In this document: piece by piece, positions 37,942 to 52,106 of the stretch
How positions within the stretch are numbered: position 1 is the first letter of the stretch
Layout: every line of letters starts with the position of its first letter
From: Takakia lepidozioides
Taxonomy: Eukaryota; Plantae; Bryophyta
DNA length: 64,000 nucleotides
Reading direction: 5' to 3'
NCBI GenBank assembly: GCA_030704615.1
Contig: CM060734.1
Span: forward strand, 59,086,001-59,150,000
The notes under the pieces: generated by a model
The model's database searches: none
What the model saw: only the letters and a program-made list of their open reading frames with translations
What the model was told of the DNA's origin: nothing
Made by a program: the position numbers and the translations under genes

Positions 37942-40900
37942 TTAATTTTCGCTGTTGTTATTTGCCTCGATATCAATATTGTTGCGAGACGCTCTTGTGA
38001 ACAACGGTAAACTATCACTAATTTCTGAGCTGCCTTCCGAATTAGTGGCACGCTCAAATTTAGATCCTACATAAGCTAGGAATCTGTCATATGATTCATT
38101 TATCCTTCCGGCTTCTATATCTTTTTCGACAACCTCTAATTCCACATTCCCTTCTAAAATTGCAACCACACGGGTCATGGAAGGTCGTTTCTCTCCTTCG
38201 GTCAACAAACACAACAGAGCTATTTTGATCACTCGTTGTATTTCCATCACCTCATCACTGTCTAAGTGGAGTGCGCGATCAACAAGACCCATTGGGTTAC
38301 CTTCACCATAGAATCTCCAAGCCTACACAACAATGCATTCTCTGGTCATCGGGCAACATAGAAGGTGCTGCTGTTTTGAACGGATTCAGCTAGTTACTAC
38401 TTGCTTTCAAGAGTCGATCTCATTCATTCTATTTACTATGAATATTGGACTCTGTGAATGGCTCCTATGTTCATAATTAATATACGGAGAACAACTTAAA
38501 GGTTTGGGTAAATACATGTATGAGAACTTATTGCATAATGATCTAGACAAGAGACATATCTAGTTATCATTCAATGACAAACAAACTCTATCAATGACCC
38601 GTCTTTGACAATCCCCTAGTACGGTGCATGTATACTTATGAAGAGGAAAACCACAAGATTCAAGCAAGTTTCTAGGCAAGAGCGAGAAACAAAATTTGGA
38701 TTTTTGCTGTTCAAGAAACCAGTACTTACGTACTCTTGATTACCGGTACCTTGAGCAAGCCACTCTACATAGTTAGAGAACTATGAACACATTTCATATA
38801 GAGTAAGAGATGAGCAACCTACCTTTTCCAGAAGATACTCCTCGTCTGGAGGCAATGTCGGGTCTATGTTCTTCCTTCCGCTTACAAGTTCCAATATCAG
38901 AACCCCGAAGCTGAAAATATCAGCTTTCTCTGTGAGTTGGCCACGAGTTGCATACTCAGGTGCTAAATAGCCCCTGCACATATTAACCCATTACACGTAT
39001 ACAAATTTCTTAGTGCAGCTACTTAATGTATGCGTATCACATCTCGTTTCAAATACTAAACTTTGAGCACAAATTGTTTTTGGCCTCTATTTAGCATGCA
39101 CTTTTTTACATTATTGTACGTAAAACGATAGCTGATCAGTCAATCATATTGATCATGAAACACCTAGTCCATCCTTGAGTATTTATATGTATTCCAAGGC
39201 TCTCAACATTGAGAGAGAGATGACACCAACAGTCCAAAATTAGCATATACAAGAGCATCTTCCCCTTAGTTAAACAGACATTGTTTACCTAATAGTGACA
39301 CGTAAAAAATATTCGCTAGATATAAAATCAGCTGAAGTCATCTTCTTAAATCAGAGGGATGTGCAGAGCTACTAGTGCACTTTATAAGATTTGACTCTTT
39401 CTTAGTAGTTGGGCCAACATCAAGAATAACACTCATTAGTCATGTGTAGATGAGGTGAACTAGATGTTTGTTGCAAATATTCCCCAACCTATGCACAAAT
39501 AAAAACAGCTAAGAAGCAGGAGTACATATGGTGGTTGCATGTGGTGCACTAACGTACCTTGTTCCAGCTACATGCATGGTGGTGAGGTGGCTTTTATCGT
39601 CCGGAAACAAGAGGGCCAAGCCAAAATCTGCAATCTTTGCTTGTAAGTTCTTGTCAAGCAGAATGTTGCTTGCTTTGATGTCTCGATGTATAATTCGCGG
39701 TTTAGCAATCTCATGAAGATAAAGCAAACCACGGGAAACCCCTAGACAAATGTTGAATCGTGTCGGCCAGTCCAAAACCAAACCTTTGCCTTCTGCAAAA
39801 GTATTTATTTCATTAAAGATCTGAATATGTTTGATTAGCATGCAAAGAACATCATTGGAATGAGAATTCATTGTTGCTCCATTCTCTTTGTTTCTTAAAT
39901 GTCTTCATCTCAACTAAAAAGCTTCACGATGACTACTACGAGACCCTAGTTCTAGTATTAACCATGGATGTTGCAGACGAAAACAACTCATGAAATAAGT
40001 ACAAAACTCATATGAAATTCTGAAATAAACCTTCAAACATGCGATATCAGTCAGATCCGCAATACTCACCAAATAGTGTCGCAGCCAGATCGCCTTTCTC
40101 AACATATTCATACACTAGAAGTCTTTTGTCATCACGTAGGCAACAACCTTTTAATTGCACAAGGTTTCTATGTTTTACTCCAGTGATAAGAACAACTTCA
40201 TTGAGAAACTCATCGATGCTTTGTTGGGTCTTGTTGAACAGTTGCTTGACCGCCACCACAGTCCCATTTGGAAGTGTACCCTGCTACCAGTAAGCGAGGA
40301 TGTTGATCGAAAGAGAAAATTGGGATACATGAAGTTCCATTCATCCTTCGTACTCATTTGCTATTTGTCTATCCAAATAAATAGAAGGTTTCGTACAACG
40401 CTACATTAGTATAGTGCAATTGTTTTATAATATCACAACAGAGTTGTCACTTTAGCATTGGGGTCGAGCTGAGGACATTCATGCATTTCCAGAACCTTAT
40501 TTATTGTAGACGTACTTCAAGAATTTGAAAAAAGAGATGGACGATCGACTCTAACTTAGTAGTACATACCTAACTGTAGAAACGACTGCAGACTCGATGA
40601 GATCTTCTATAAATGAAAAATTTAAGATAACATGATAAGCTAAGGCCAATCATACAAAATAAAAAGTTGTCTATACCTTGTAAACAGCACCATAGCTCCC
40701 ATGACCTAGCTTCACATCTGGATGAAATTCCCTGGTAGCAGCCTTAAGCTCATTGTACGCAAAGATTGTAGGCTGCACTTCAAACTCTGCAAATTCTGTG
40801 GAAAGTGACACAACGAAAAGTTCCAAGGAAACTTCATATCATGAAATTCTCTTTTATGCAATTGTAGTATACCCAAATCTAAAAGTTTTTAGAAGAACAT

Positions 40901-43900
40901 TGGGGGTGGGGGAGATTAAGATTGAAACTTGAGGATTAAATTGGTAGCAATACAGAGATTCTTAGTTGCTTTCACTTGCAGCGTACATACCGACAATAGA
41001 TGAATTTAATTTGTGACATGTCATGTGTCTTGGATATAAATAGTTCCGATACAATCAACAACTTAAGTACGTACATTTACCGTATAGATTCACTTACTTT
41101 CTTGATAATGGAGCAGTAGGTAACGCTTCTGTTTACTCCAACAGAATAGCCAGGCGCCAGCGACAATCACGAGTGCCAGGACGGCACCACTTACAATTAA
41201 TGAAACTATAATTATAAGCCTCCGCTCATTGGACTTGAGAATATCTACATTCATACAATGACAGAAGCATGTAGATTTCAGATATGAAGTATGTCTGCAA
41301 ATGACAGATGGAAAAGATCATCTTATAACCTATATATTACAAAATTTACTATACATGTATAGTCTGATTTTTCAACTAGATAGTATTTTGAGGTTCAACG
41401 TTTTCTTAACGATTTCATAATGGAAACTCCTTGATATCCTATGAGAATATTAAGTTCTAGCTCAGACCAGTGACATCTATGGAAATCTAGTAGGGTAGAT
41501 ATAATTTTGAGCCCCATTCAACCCAAATTATCTAAATCAGAATGAAGGAAGGACTAACCATCTTGAATAGAACATGTTTGAGTGCAATAGCATCTTTGCC
41601 CATCCGTGTTTAGATTGGTTGATTGCAAACAGTAGGAGTTGTTTTGGAGCCTGTAGTGCAAAAGACAATTACTTGCACAGGTGGATGAAGAGTATTGTAC
41701 AAGAATGTTACCAATTGTAAAACTTAACTTAGCACCTGTACATACAGTGTCAAATCCAGGGGACTTGTTGCTCACATGTCTCACCGGATCATGACCGGTT
41801 GATCAACAAAGTATTTTCCCTTCGGGGATTTCTCGAACACAAAACACAATTTCAATCAAGGTTAGAATCTTACATGACAACAGTAGAAATGTCTCTGATA
41901 TCGGAGGCAGAGTAAATAACATCCTTTATATTGTTGTACGTTATGCTCAGATATTGTAGATGCCCGGCCCCAGAGTGATTACTCAAGCCAATGACATTAC
42001 CCATGTCTAGGGTCCCATTTAAGCTGTTGTTGTCAAGCAATCTACAAGCACGTAATGGAGAAGAATATCAGGTATGCTCCTGCCAATATACGAAATCGCC
42101 AAGGCGTCAAGCGGAGTTGTAATAAGTTAGTCAAATGTTTGTAAAGATCATTTGCTAAGGTCCTATTATTAAGAGTTCAATTCAAGAAGAAGGGTCCGAT
42201 TTATTCAGGCATGATTTCAATGCAATTGTGTGTCCCTCCCACTAGCTAGATCTACACATATTAGAATCTCAAAGGAATCAACTTGCAGGGGTAGAAAATC
42301 TTACAGAATCTCCAATTGTGGAAGAGAGGCCAACAGAGTATACGGAAATGAACCAAATAAGCCAGTTGCTCTTAGTGCTCTGCGACAATCAAGGCAATTA
42401 GAGTCCTTAAGAGGGCTCTTACTCATCTACCAGCTTGTAATCAAATGATGCATCCCTATTGCAATTTGCAATTCTGGTTATAAGTATGACCACTGTTCGA
42501 ATAATTCTATAACTAACACATGATCAAAGTAGCGTTTGATGTAAATATTATAGGGAATTTTTGGCAAAATTGAATATTTCAGACCTGTGTCAAGATCTTG
42601 CAGCTATCAATCATGGCGCCATAAGTGTAGAAGCGTGGATTCGCATAGAACAATTTTATCATCAGCAGGTTAAATGTTATTGAAATGCTGATTATATTTT
42701 ATAGTACTCGCTCAAAGCTTACAGAGTAGCACGTAAGCTATGAAGAATCTCTCCAATACTGAATGTACGCCTATCAGCCTACAAACAATAGATATAATGG
42801 TCACATTCCTGTAAGTACAACTACGACCACGCTGTGGAAACAACTATAGCAAGGATACGTAAACCAAGAAAAACAACACACTAAATACTAGCAAGGAAGA
42901 CCAAGCAAATGTAGGTGGGAACGCATGGTTTAAACAGCAGTAGTGCAACCGGATGCCAACTAGGATTGATAGAGGTCGCTGTAATGAATTATGAACATCC
43001 GAGTTGGGATAAAGAGCTAGTAAGTCAGAATAATCGGCACGGTCCAGATGGCAATGGCGGATTGGATCTTCAATTTCAACAAATCTGACCAACTGAGCTG
43101 CATGGGAAGAGCTTGGGAAGAAGTGTACTCACAGTGTCACTAGGTGACTACATCTGGAGAGCCAAGTAGGAACTTCCCCTGAATCAAATGCGTTGAGACT
43201 AAAATCCCTGGGAGCAGTGAGCGCAGTTTCCAGATTATTTCAAATGATGAGGTCAATGACTGTTTTAGCAATACTCTACAAGGGTGGATCAAACTGTTTG
43301 GTAGTGCAAAAGACTTAACTTCATTATTTACAGTATTCCGAAATCCTAGGTTTTTACGGAGCAACTGGGAGTGCTGTGTAGTCTAACACATATCCTACTC
43401 TACATTTGTATTAACACCACCCAAGGCTACAGGTCAATTTTCATAAACTTGTGAAACCACCTGCAACCATTGCCTCTATATGATAAATAAAAGCCTCAGC
43501 AACAAATCAGAATAGAGTTAATGTAGGTTGATCAATGGGCTGTCCTATGTCCCATGTGAATTCGGAGACACGAGGTGGCTCTCATAAGCCACTTGAAGCC
43601 AAGTGCTAAGTATATGAATCGATGCATGCTTAATAATGAGGAACAGTAGAGGCCCGGGCAAACTTACAACTGCTGCAGAGTTTCTGAAATAAAACTGAAG
43701 TTGGGGAGGGGACCAGTGAAACTGTTGCGTGACAGGTCCAATAGTGTCAAATTCGACGTGACGTTGATAATCGAAGAAGGAACTACAGGACCGTCAAACT
43801 GATTCCTACTCAGATTCCTGAAGCCAAAACATTTAGAATACTCAATTGCAGTAAATTTGATAATTTAAAGATAATATGACAACGGCACTGAAGACAACGT

Positions 43901-46240
43901 TTATCGCGCATAACTCCTGGCTAACTTGATATAGTCAACTCTCCTATGCAAAATTGCTTGTTTACAATGCTTTGCTGGAGTCAAGACCAACTCGACAGAT
44001 TCCTTCAGATGTATTCTACAGAAACGGTACTCCGGTAGATCAATCATCATAGACATGTAAGGTGCTGCTTACAGAGATCGGAGAGTGGAAATCAATGTAA
44101 GATCAGGTGGTGATCCTGTGAACGAGTTTCCTGACAAATCCCTGCATGGTATATATCGGCATTAAAAGTCAGCTTGAATACATATATAACTGTAGACTTC
44201 AAGCAGATCACAAGATCATAAGACATGGCACATGACACGAGGATCACACCCACTTATGTAAGTAAGAGGAGGGCTAGGGTCTTACAGCGTAGTAAGCGCG
44301 GTCCATGTCGTGTCTGCGTCAAAGGATGGTGTCGGCCCCGAGAGTTGGTTCTGAGACACTTTCATCGTTTCCAACCAACTCCGCCCGCCAGAGAACTTGG
44401 GAAGCTGTCCAGTGAATTGGTTTCCACTCAAGTCTCTGAAGCAGAAGAAACAACAATTTAGCCGCGTGGGCTTTCTCTGTGCAACGGGAGAAATCTCCAC
44501 CAACATGTCCATAATATTTCCGTGGACATGGGAAATAACTAAACTACTTCCTCTCTGTGCGAAAGTTTTGGGCCAACCCCAAATTATAATAATTAGCAAG
44601 CTTTCATAGACAGGCATACATGTTCGGAAACTACTACTTCCAACTTCTGTGCAACTTTAGATTCGTAGAGCGTGCCAATACGAACATCGTCTAAGCGCTG
44701 CCTCATCTTTGTAAATTTACTACAGTGTTCCCGGGAGAAGTCTATCTGTATTCTTTTCAGTCGTAAGTGAATCTGTACTTCACTTATAGATCGAGCATAA
44801 ATTGTCCAAATGACTTCAGTGACGTAAACTGACAACTCACAGCTCCTGAAGACCCCAAGCTGCGTATATAAGATTCTCCGGAATGCTTCCACTGAAATTG
44901 TTACCACTCAGATTCCTGGAGAAAAATGACTTTTGATCAATGTGATACGTAATTCAGAAACTTATAGTACAATATTCATCCCATGAAGTATGCACACATT
45001 ATATCGAGATATAGACAAAATAGTAACCTAATTGAATGTCTACAAAAGAAATGTGGAGTGTTCGGATGATTCATCGTCTGGTTGCACCCTAGATTGTAGG
45101 CATAATGACTTCGCATATGTTCAGCAGGCATCATGAGCTTGATAGGTTAAGCGCCGCTTACAAAATACCCAAGAACTGTAGTTGACCAATTTCTGCAGGA
45201 AGGGGACCAGAAAGCTTTGGATTTCCTGTCAAAGTTCTGCAAAAATATCCACATGATAGTTGAGAAAGTTGAGACCAAAATTTTGAATTATCAGACAACT
45301 GGTGAGTAGATCATTAGATGCGAGAATTGAAAGTAACATGAATTCGTTCTATTGAACTCACAAGGACGTAAGATAGGTAAGGTCTCCAATTTCCTTCGGT
45401 AAAGTGCCTACAATAGAGGCGTCATTCAGAGTCCTACCCATCCGCCACCCACATATGAGAGGTGCCATGAACGGCGTCGAACACGCAAGTGAGATTTCTG
45501 GACCTTGGTGTAAACTCTTTTAGTGTATGTACGATAACATTGGGTTAAATCCTTCCTCATTCAAATCACCTCAAAAATCCAAATGACGATAAACTGTCGG
45601 CTGGTTAAAACTAAGTTCTTAATGCATCGATCGAGCCAATCTCACGTGCCCAACAGTAGCAAACTGCAAAGCAAAGTATCACCTCTAAACATGGTACCTA
45701 AGTTCAATATGTTTTGTGGTGAAAGAAATGTGGTAGGGAGTCTTACAGGCTAACGATGTACATATCCTCGTCGCTACTATTTACCCGTGGTGTTCTTAGG
45801 CATACTACCCCTCGCCAACCACCATCCCAGCAAGGATTAGGACGTGCACTACCCCACCCTGCCAGGTTAGTAGCGATGTTGGGAGTCGCGTTCCATGCTG
45901 CCAGAATGGCGTATATCGCAGTCACTGTACAGTACACTTGAGGAGTCATGATAGTATCTTCAACATCCAATTGTGTACTGTAAAGACCCCAAAGACGTAA
46001 AAGACCCCAGTGAACTCAAGACCTACATGGAAAAGTAATCCTCTTGTACACATATCCTACAGCTTATCTCAAATCCTCAGATTGCTTACAAACTCTTCGA
46101 CTATCCTGAAAACTTCGAAATTAGTTGCGAATCTTACACTCCTCTTGTCGGATGTACACCACATATGCCTCGCTACAGAGGCCACTGAATGACAACAAGA
46201 CCAGTGAAAAAGCAAGCTGCAGCTTGAGGCCGATACTCAT
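37942..46240 (-). CDS. LRR receptor-like Ser/Thr kinase (LRR-VIII/DLSV-type kinase), 18 exons, about 841 aa
   Basis: Exons 46240-46138, 45924-45747, 45433-45362, 45236-45162, 44915-44841, 44435-44286, 44141-44073, 43817-43668, 43207-43133, 42379-42305, 42041-41874, 41650-41559, 41244-41098, 40795-40677, 40280-40070, 39792-39558, 38973-38823 and 38322-37942. All introns are GT-AG and the total is 2526 nt. It has a signal peptide, LRRs, a TM helix and [21 protein letters not shown] and APE motifs. Confidence 0.93.
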
Positions 46241-46899
46241 TGCAGTTGTGTAAGCGGGTCTTAAGATCTGAAAGTGGATGGAGCTTCGAGAGGCTGCCAA
46301 GGCCTTCAGCTCGCAGACGCGAGTTTGGAAGGGGCAGCACAGCATTCAACAACTTCGTCTTGGAGCTGCTCGAGAGCACCTGCTCTGCATCACGCACATA
46401 TGGCATACGAGAAACGGAGACCTCAAAATGCATCGGTACCGACAAAGGATGGACGGATGGACGAGTAACCCCGAACTAATTATCATCTAAAAACAAATAG
46501 AATAAATTAGTCTTCATCCAACAATTGGATGAAATAACCAATTTATGTTAGCAATCAGGTTTTTCAGACAGGTGTATACTTCATATTTCATCCGAATCTA
46601 ATGTCATTCATTCGCTACTAACAGTCCAGATCCAGATGCTTGCAAGTAAAACGTTGACTCCCGGATATCGGGGTGAGGACAGTAAGAGCTCACTGTCGTC
46701 TCTTCAGGGCATGTCACGTACTGGGGCCCATGGTCCCGACCGCTCAGACGTACATATGTGGACTACACCGCCCCAAGACATTGATGTCGACACGGACCTC
46801 TTCTCTTAGTCTTGCACACAACACTGTTGACAAGTGAGTAAGACCAAGTTTGCGTGGGCCCTCTGGCCCTCTCAGGCATCACCCTTTCGTGTTGCATTC

Positions 46900-47150
46900 C
46901 TATCCAGGCATTTTGTCAAACACTTGGCGCGTACCCACCCTGCTCCCGCACAATACATATATGTTGACCAAGGTGTTGAGTAGGAAAATATTGGGCTAAA
47001 TCCAGCTTGGATGATGTGGGCATGTACCTGCAGTCCCTTCTAAAAGGCCTTTCATGCGGATACAAGAGACACACATAAGTTAAGTCCTGGTGTTGGTCTG
47101 AATGCCTTGTTTGTTCAAAATCTGCAGAGCATCTTTAGGTCGTGCTGAAT
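46900..47150 (-). pseudogene. PPR gene 5' remnant
   Basis: DALQILNKQGIQTN..YVCLL...LQVH.HIIQAGFSP.IFLLNTLVNIYVLCGS...RQVFDKMP, read across frameshifts. Confidence 0.7.
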
Positions 47151-47676
47151 TATATATAGAGTGAGCTGTCATATCCCCAGAAAAGCTCAAGTGTTCAACT
47201 CCCACTCTTGGTCCTCTGTCGAAAGCAGTTGCAACTCTTGAAGTGTTACACCTCCTGCCAGCTTCATGTTGAGCAAACAGAGGTGTCTGATTCAGCCCTG
47301 GCATCCTGCCTCACTCTAGAACCTGAGTTGAAAACTTTAACACAACTCACAGAAGATGTCGGAAAGCAACTACGTACTTCAAAGAGATCTTTGCATAGGG
47401 ACAAGCTTCTTTGGTACATCTTAACAGGCTTACAATACTAGGGTGCCTAAACTACTAAACTACGGCACTAATCTATATATGTGTTGCAGTTTTTGTCACC
47501 CCCCGATCATCATCAAATCAATACCCGTTGTATTTTCAACGTGGAGCTGTTCATACTGTGAACTGACTTGTCCGCCACCTTGTATCATGCTTTTACCCAG
47601 TGTAGTTTAAGCAACTGCCAATCCAAGGCCCGGGGCTTTAGAACAACTCTTAATCCTGCTTTCTGGGCTTTGCTGT

Positions 47677-48540
47677 TGTAGTCATTACGTAGAGGTAACT
47701 GTACAGCTGGAATGTCCAGCTCGGCTTAGAATGCCACCTATGTACGTCACCACGTAGGCCCCTTTTGAACCCCTGTAGCCGACCATCATGATCTGGCTTT
47801 TCCCTCCGTCTGGGTGTACATCCCCTGTTTTTCCCCCTTATTAGCTCTCTCTCTCTCTAGCTTGGCGTGTGTGCTGTGGGCTTTAGCTCCAAGAACCGCA
47901 GTATCGAGCGTGTGATGTGTTTGTGTCAGGTTGAGCTTTTCTGTACTGCTCGTGTGCTTTAATCAAGAGAATCAGGGGTTTAGGTATTTATACTCTTGTG
48001 TCGTGGGCGTTTGCCTGTGTGGTTCTGTGTCAGTCACTGCTCCTGTCTTTTTTTGACTTTGTTTGTTGACCTTTCCTGGAGACTACAATAGGTTATGGGC
48101 CCACTGACACGCATCCTGTAGCGCAGTAGGTCAAGAAAAGTGCCTTTTATTCCTTCCAGTATACCCCATGCGTGAGTTGTCTACAGCACGTTTACCAAAG
48201 TAATAGTCCAATACGTCCTAGTGCACCATGGATACCGCCGCCGAGTTGCGGAACGTGAAGCTCTATAATGCAAAGAACTTCCATATGTAGAAGTATCAGA
48301 TCCGTGCCATACTCCTTCGCCAGGATCTGATGGGCATTGTTGATGGCACCGTCCCTAAGCCTGATGCTTGCGAAGCCCAGCGTGATTGGTTCAGAAGGAC
48401 AATCAATGTACCTCCCTGCTCTGTAAAGCAGTCGATGAGAGTATTCTCGAAGTCCTCATGAACTGCATCACCTCAAAGGCTATCAGTCACTGCTTGTGTC
48501 TTTTTTTCACTTTGTATGTTGACCTTTTCTTGAGACTACA
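47677..48540 (+). mobile_element. Internally deleted Ty1/copia element (LTR, PBS, gag start, end of second LTR)
   Basis: LTR end ...gagactaca at 48087 is repeated at 48540, PBS-like ggttatgggccc at 48091, and gag N-terminus NAKNFHM*KYQIRAILLRQDLMGIVDG. The left boundary is uncertain. Confidence 0.75.
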
Positions 48541-48843
48541 ATATTTGCCATGGATTCTGCAGGCACCAAGCAAGGCCTCCCACACCCCAGCATCCGGTTT
48601 GATTGGCATTTTAATAATGAGGTCCTCCGTCCTGTCGGAGCTCAATTAATATAAGTAATTGTACATAAGTTAGTCCTCGGAAGTAAAAAAATATCGGTCT
48701 GTACAGATATAAGTGTCAACTGTCGAGTCCCAGCATTTCTCTACAGAATGTACACAATTTGGACAATAGAAAATCCTCGGATTACGCATTAATCTGTACA
48801 GTGTACATCGTCCCGATGATTACTAAGTATGATGGCTTGCAAG

Positions 48844-49687
48844 TTACATGTGTCCGAAGACGGGGGCATGGAGGAACAGCTCGGTGACGATGAGAGAGAA
48901 GAAGCCGATCACGGCTAGACGACCATTCCAGCGCTCAGCCCTGGCGTTGAAGGGACCGAAGCTTCGTGCGTCAGTGAATTCTTCATTCATGATTGACACC
49001 AAGGACGCGTATGTGAGCAGTTGCACAGCAATCAAGAAAGATATGAGGCCGGTGATTCCGGGGTTGAACAACTGCTCCAGCACTGTCAATCCGGTCATCT
49101 TCTCCGCAACAGCCGCCCACACGAATCCCACCATAGCCTGCAATGTGCCACCGAAAGAGCCTTCAGCTATAGACCTTACTGTATAGGAAAGTTATAACTA
49201 CATAGAGCTCTGGCAGTTAAACTGGACATTTGTGAGGAGTTAGAGACGGGAACTCATCACAAAAAAAGCTTACCAAACGTCCATTGATGGTCTCGGGTGC
49301 GGCTCCATCGAAGGCAAACACGTTTGAAAATCCCTTGCTTCCTGTCTCGGGCCTCCTCTCCACTTCAGGGCGTGAATAGAGCGATCCAGATTTTGGCGTC
49401 GCTCCAAACACTGACCGCTTCTCCGATTCATTAGTTGCTAATTGGTTGGTAAGTATCTCATCCTGGTAATGTCTTTCTTGGTGACCTTGTCGACTGCGTC
49501 CTTCACACGTGCCAGTGGTCCCTCACCAGCTTCGCACCGCACTCGTCCGGCAAGGGAGGTCAGTAACTTGGGAGACCCTGCAGCTAACCGTGCGCTTCCT
49601 AGTTTGCTAAACCTATTTGGACTGGATAGACAAAGCCTGCAGGCCTCCAAGCTGCGCAGTAGCAGGGTGCAACATTGTGGCTGCCAT
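48844..49687 (-). pseudogene. ELIP: ELIP paralogue with two frameshifts and in-frame stops in exon 1
   Basis: Exons 49687-49274 and 49137-48844, with PETINGRLAMVGF and ERWNGRLAVIGF. TAG stops lie in the ATG frame between the compensating indels. Confidence 0.8.
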
Positions 49688-50560
49688 CTGCTCAAGTCAG
49701 ACAACAAATGCAGAGTTGCAAATGTTGGAACAAGGCAGGTAAGTGGGGAGAGTGACTTGTTGAAGGTGACGAGCAGAGAAAGAGAAAGTGCAGACGGGGA
49801 GGAATGTTTGCGGTGGATGTTGAGAAGAAGTTGAGAGTTGGAGACGATGCGTTGCAGTGAGACGAGCACAAGTATATGTAAGTAGAGTGTGAAGGTCCGG
49901 TGACACCGACGTACTTTCCAGATCACTTGGTTGACGAGAGTGAGAAATTGGACGGTCCTGTCTCGACGGATTCCACCCTTTCGTTGCAACATTTTCGCAC
50001 TTGTCCGCCAAGTTTTGCAGAAGCGGGATGTTGAGCAGGGGAGCGGCCACGTAGCGTGTAGCACCTTACACTTGGCCCGCCCACCATTTCAGTGATTTAC
50101 ATTTTGCGACAAGTTATGGGATTCTATTATCATAACCGAGGTTGGGAGTTTGGAGGCATTAGCGGCAGCGTTTAATTGTCGTGAACACGCCTGTCACCCC
50201 CCGTAGCCCACCACCACCTCGGTTATGTCTGGTAGAGGGGGGAGGCCCGGCTACCAGGAGCAATGTACTTGGGCATGCCTAGTGAAAGTTCTCTCGACAA
50301 TTTTTAGTCATAAATCTGTTTCTCCCTGCAGGCAGATTTAATTTCGGATCAAATTTGCATCGTGAACATTTTATTTTCATCTTGTAGGCACCGTGTCTGA
50401 AGAAATCCGTACAAGAAAATATCGCTGAAAGCATTGGCTACTATCGAATCCCTGCTGCATCTATACAATGTGTTGAACTAGGAAGTTGCAACAAATATAA
50501 TACATTGCTCTACAGGTGAGGAAACTAAATCACTAGATAAGAATGCGACTGGCCAACAAT

Positions 50561-51428
50561 TTACTGGCCGAAGACGGGGGCATGGAGGAACAGCTCAGTA
50601 ACAATGAGGGAGAAGAAGCCGATCATGGCTAGACGGCCATTCCAGCGCTCAGCCCTGGCGTTGAAGGGACCGAAGCTTCGGGCGTCGGTGGACTCTCCAT
50701 TCATGATTGGCACCAAGGACGCGTATGTGAGCAGTTGCACAGCCATCAAGAAATAAATGAGTCCGGTAGTTCCAGGATTGAATAACTGCTCCAACACTGT
50801 CAATCCGGTCATCTTTTCCGCAACCACTGCCCACACAAATCCCACCATAGCCTGCAATGTGCCAGCACAAGACGTTTTATTTCTAGATTGCAAACTCTGA
50901 TGACGGGAAGCTTTCAGCAAGCATCGACCATGTCAGGAGTTTCAAGTGTGCAGTGTGCACCATTGCACAGCCTACAAAGGGTCTCGAGAAATGAGGAAAG
51001 ATTAACACTTGGCAAAATGTTAAACTTACCAAACGTCCGTTGATTGTTTCTGGTGCGGCTCCATCGAATGCAAACACGCTTGAAAATCCCTTGCTTCCTG
51101 TCTCGGGCCTCCTCTCCACTTCGGGACGTGGATAGAAAGACCCAGAGTTCGGCTTGGCTCCAAACACTGACCGCTGCTCTGATTCATTAGTTTCCTGGTT
51201 CGTAAGGATCTCATCTTTGGTAATCTCTTTCTTGGTGCTCTTGTCGACTGCGTCCTTCACACCTGCCAATGGTCCCTCACCAGCCTCGCAACGGACTCTG
51301 CCTGCAAGGGATGTCATCAGCCTCGTAGAACTTGGAGTTACCCGTCTGCTAAAGCTGGACTTAACAGGCGAAGCCTGCAGGCCTCCAAGCTGGGCAGTAG
51401 CTGGCATGTGCGAAATTGTCGCTGCCAT
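50561..51428 (-). CDS. ELIP: Early light-induced protein (ELIP, LHC-like), 229 aa, 2 exons
   Basis: Exons 51428-51030 and 50851-50561 (690 nt). Transit peptide plus chlorophyll-binding motifs FDGAAPETINGRLAMVGF and AERWNGRLAMIGF. Confidence 0.92.
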
Positions 51429-51677
51429 CTCGTTCAAGGCTCTAAAACAAGTACAGATGCAAATGCGAGCTCTTCACAATGACGTTCCGCACACTAACTC
51501 GAAGTGATGAACCCAGGAAACTCTACGCTCAGGGCAAAAGCTTGGAGAATGTGACTGTTGTGTGTACTGTAAGCGATGAACTGAGGTGTGCGAGATGGTA
51601 GAACGCAGCGACGCAGGGCAATATGTAGAAGATCTGAAACCAACCTATCCTCCTCATCGCTTCACTTTAGGCTCATT

Positions 51678-51861
51678 ACGTGTCATCGAAACTACGAACC
51701 CAACACGATGATCTCACCACTTTCACCAGACTCACAAAATCGATGATGCTGCACAGTTACCGTGGCTTCTTCATGGGCGCTCTTCTTTGCATGAGACTTG
51801 GAGTACCGCACTTTGCACGTGTCCAGATTTGCAAAGCGATTTTTTTGCGCAGGAGCCACGT
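51678..51861 (-). promoter_or_regulatory. ABRE/G-box cluster upstream of ELIP
   Basis: ACGTGTC at 51678 and 51817 (within CACGTG) and GCCACGT at 51855. GCCACGT also occurs at 50046, upstream of the paralogue. Confidence 0.45.
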
Positions 51862-51935
51862 TTCAAAGCGTTAGCATAATTACCACGGACACATGGCTCC
51901 TCCTTTGTGATCGCGTTCCCCCTTCACGTTAAGGA

Positions 51936-52106
51936 ATAAAGATAAAGATAAAGAATCTTTAACATCCAGTGAATTTACAGAGCCTACTGCTCAACACAGA
52001 GGCGATCGAGGGCCCAATGGACGGTCTGAAGGCACATGTTGAAGGATTGAACCCAGGATCACCTATGCACAGGCAAGGCACAAACACCCAACCACTGGGC
52101 TACCTG
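51936..52106 (-). mobile_element. tRNA-derived SINE candidate
   Basis: Pol III A-box TAGCCCAGTGG (52102-52092), B-box GGTTCAATCC (52053-52044) and (TCTTTA)3 tail at 51954-51936. Confidence 0.6.

Noticed and set aside
47601-48545. Target-site duplication for the copia remnant
   Set aside because: Neither candidate LTR start (47601 or 47677) has a 5-bp flank matching the sequence after 48540
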